This document shows, piece by piece, positions 62,601-64,000 of a DNA stretch of 64,000 bases. The stretch is from assembly GCA_001949185.1 (NCBI GenBank), contig BDGG01000002.1:682001-746000 (forward strand), in the 5' to 3' direction. The position numbers and the translations under genes are program-made. Source of the stretch: Ramazzottius varieornatus (lineage: Eukaryota > Animalia > Tardigrada). Within the stretch, counting starts at the first letter, position 1. Each line of letters begins with the position of its first letter. The notes beneath the pieces are model-generated. The model was given only the letters and a program-made list of their open reading frames with translations, made no database searches and had not been told where the DNA came from.

Positions 62601-64000
62601 TATACGGCAGTTACGTGATGGAGGAGTAAAGTAAACAGACGCGAACTTGATTGACCAGGCCGATCTTGAGGAGCTCATGCCCGCCAGCTTAACCGTTCAA
62701 CAAGCTGTCTGTTCGCGTCATCGCCATCTTCCCGATCCCGCTTAATGATTCAAGCTCATCATGAGCATCTCTGCCAACGTTGCATCGACAAAGCTGCGTG
62801 ACAGTCGGGCAGGAGTTGACCAGAACGGCCAGTCCACGCACCAAGCAGAGTAGAGCACTTGGGTCTCGTGTGAAAGTGGACCTTCACAAGTAGTCGCAGT
62901 GGTTGACCAAAGTACTGTATTCTCCGTTAACATTTGTCCCATAACAAATTCATCAAAACTCTGTCACCATCAAATTCGGAATTTTGAATCTACAGTACTG
63001 CAGGCAAACAAATTTGGCAAGATCGTTGTTACAAGGGGCGCACTCGTCCAGCAAAACAACAAGAGAAGGTGCGCCACTTGGGCAAAACATTCAAACTCGA
63101 CAAGATCGTTTTTCTAAAGCGGCGCGCTATTTCAGCTAAAAGCAGTGAACAGCGCGCCAGTTTGAATAATAATTCCGGGATTTTGCGGGATATCGCCAGG
63201 AAACTCTTTTTTCCCAGCATTTTTTTCTCGTGTGTTATTTTCACAGTGAGTAACAAAAAGATTGATCATCACATCTAGCAAAAACGTTACAGTATGTCGA
63301 CGTCCTTGGTGTGCTGACAGCAGCAGAAATAAAACAAATAATGCAGATGAGTTCGCGACGTGAGGAGCGATGCGGGTCGCCTTAACGTGTAAATCTGGCC
63401 GAGATATATTCCACCGGAAATGCCGAACGGCAGTTTTTTCAACAATGCCCTACATTCCCTCCTGTCAAAAGCAACAATACCCTCACTGCCAAATATACCG
63501 ATCGATTTCATAACTACCCTTTATGTCCAAAACACCAACACTTCACTTTGACAATGGTCCGCCGTTCTGTATGGAGATTACGGTTGTCGCAACCCTTTCA
63601 CTACCGTCTCGTGTTAGGCACGGAAAGGTTTTCGTTACTCCTTCTAGTCAGTCATGTGCAACAACGGGAGCGCGCCAAGGCCGTTTCTTTAGGTGGCGCA
63701 CGATGATGGTGTTACAGACCGGGCGCGTGCGCCACTTTGAAAGAGCGACCCTTTCCAATTTGATCCTTCTTCTCTTAAATGGCGCAGGTTTTCGGTGGTA
63801 TCAGATGGCAGGTTGCGCCACTTCAAAAACCGATCTTGTCGAAATCGTCTGTCGAGCTCCCAAACAAAGACTTGAATAGCTGCAGAGCTTATGTTAGAAT
63901 ATCCGAAAATGTAGAGAAGTCACCGAAGATCGAACGAGCTCGTCAGACATGTGAAATAGACGACACATGTCATACTGCTTGTCTGTTCCCAATATCAGCT

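Larger units (their letters stand above)
27203..63865. repeat. Dispersed hairpin-module family (arms CAAGTGGCGCAC / GTGCGCCACTTG, 25-nt spacer); span given is first to last clear copy
   Basis: Loci approx 27203-27405, 29030-29190, 31690-31910, 35095-35255, 39130-39315, 40843-41025, 42075-42165, 50960-51160, 53385-53655, 55090-55190, 56820-56950, 59235-59500, 60135-60405, 62200-62390, 63000-63175, 63660-63865, plus a degenerate copy at 13881-13998. Confidence 0.9.

Noticed and set aside
27203-63865. Hairpin modules as CRISPR arrays (palindromic repeat plus constant-length spacers)
   Set aside because: Eukaryotic context, no cas genes, only 1-3 units per locus, and the spacers share a weak common consensus, so they do not look like acquired foreign DNA

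Overview
Eukaryotic (animal) genomic DNA, compact, with many short GT-AG introns and two 50-N scaffold gaps. The gene content (allatostatin-C precursor, NPR/receptor-guanylate-cyclase-type ectodomain, intronless plant-type UGT) suggests a small ecdysozoan such as a tardigrade; this is inference. Genes reconstructed by eye, in order: 3' end of a LIM protein, AstC-type neuropeptide precursor, a disrupted NPR-like receptor, a UGT pseudogene, a frameshifted UGT, MFSD1-like transporter, haem peroxidase, FABP pseudogene and intact FABP, RP9, tRNA-Glu(CTC), MMACHC, MRPL46, KLF, TYW5, an orphan coiled-coil gene, a sulfotransferase and a small Cys-rich secreted peptide. Transposons are abundant: CRE-like retroposon, Tc1, pogo, hAT, an intact Tc4/Tc5-type element and many MITEs. 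Two observations stand out. (1) A dispersed, mostly intronic family (at least 17 loci) of hairpin modules with conserved arms CAAGTGGCGCAC/GTGCGCCACTTG around a sequence-divergent spacer of almost invariant 25 nt. (2) A precisely bounded 5.4-kb CCC-ended DNA transposon (8949-14394) that splits an exon of the NPR-like gene and carries a BEN-domain gene, a CMC-type transposase tail and a chromodomain + RFX-like winged-helix gene. All homology calls come from motif recognition, not database searches.
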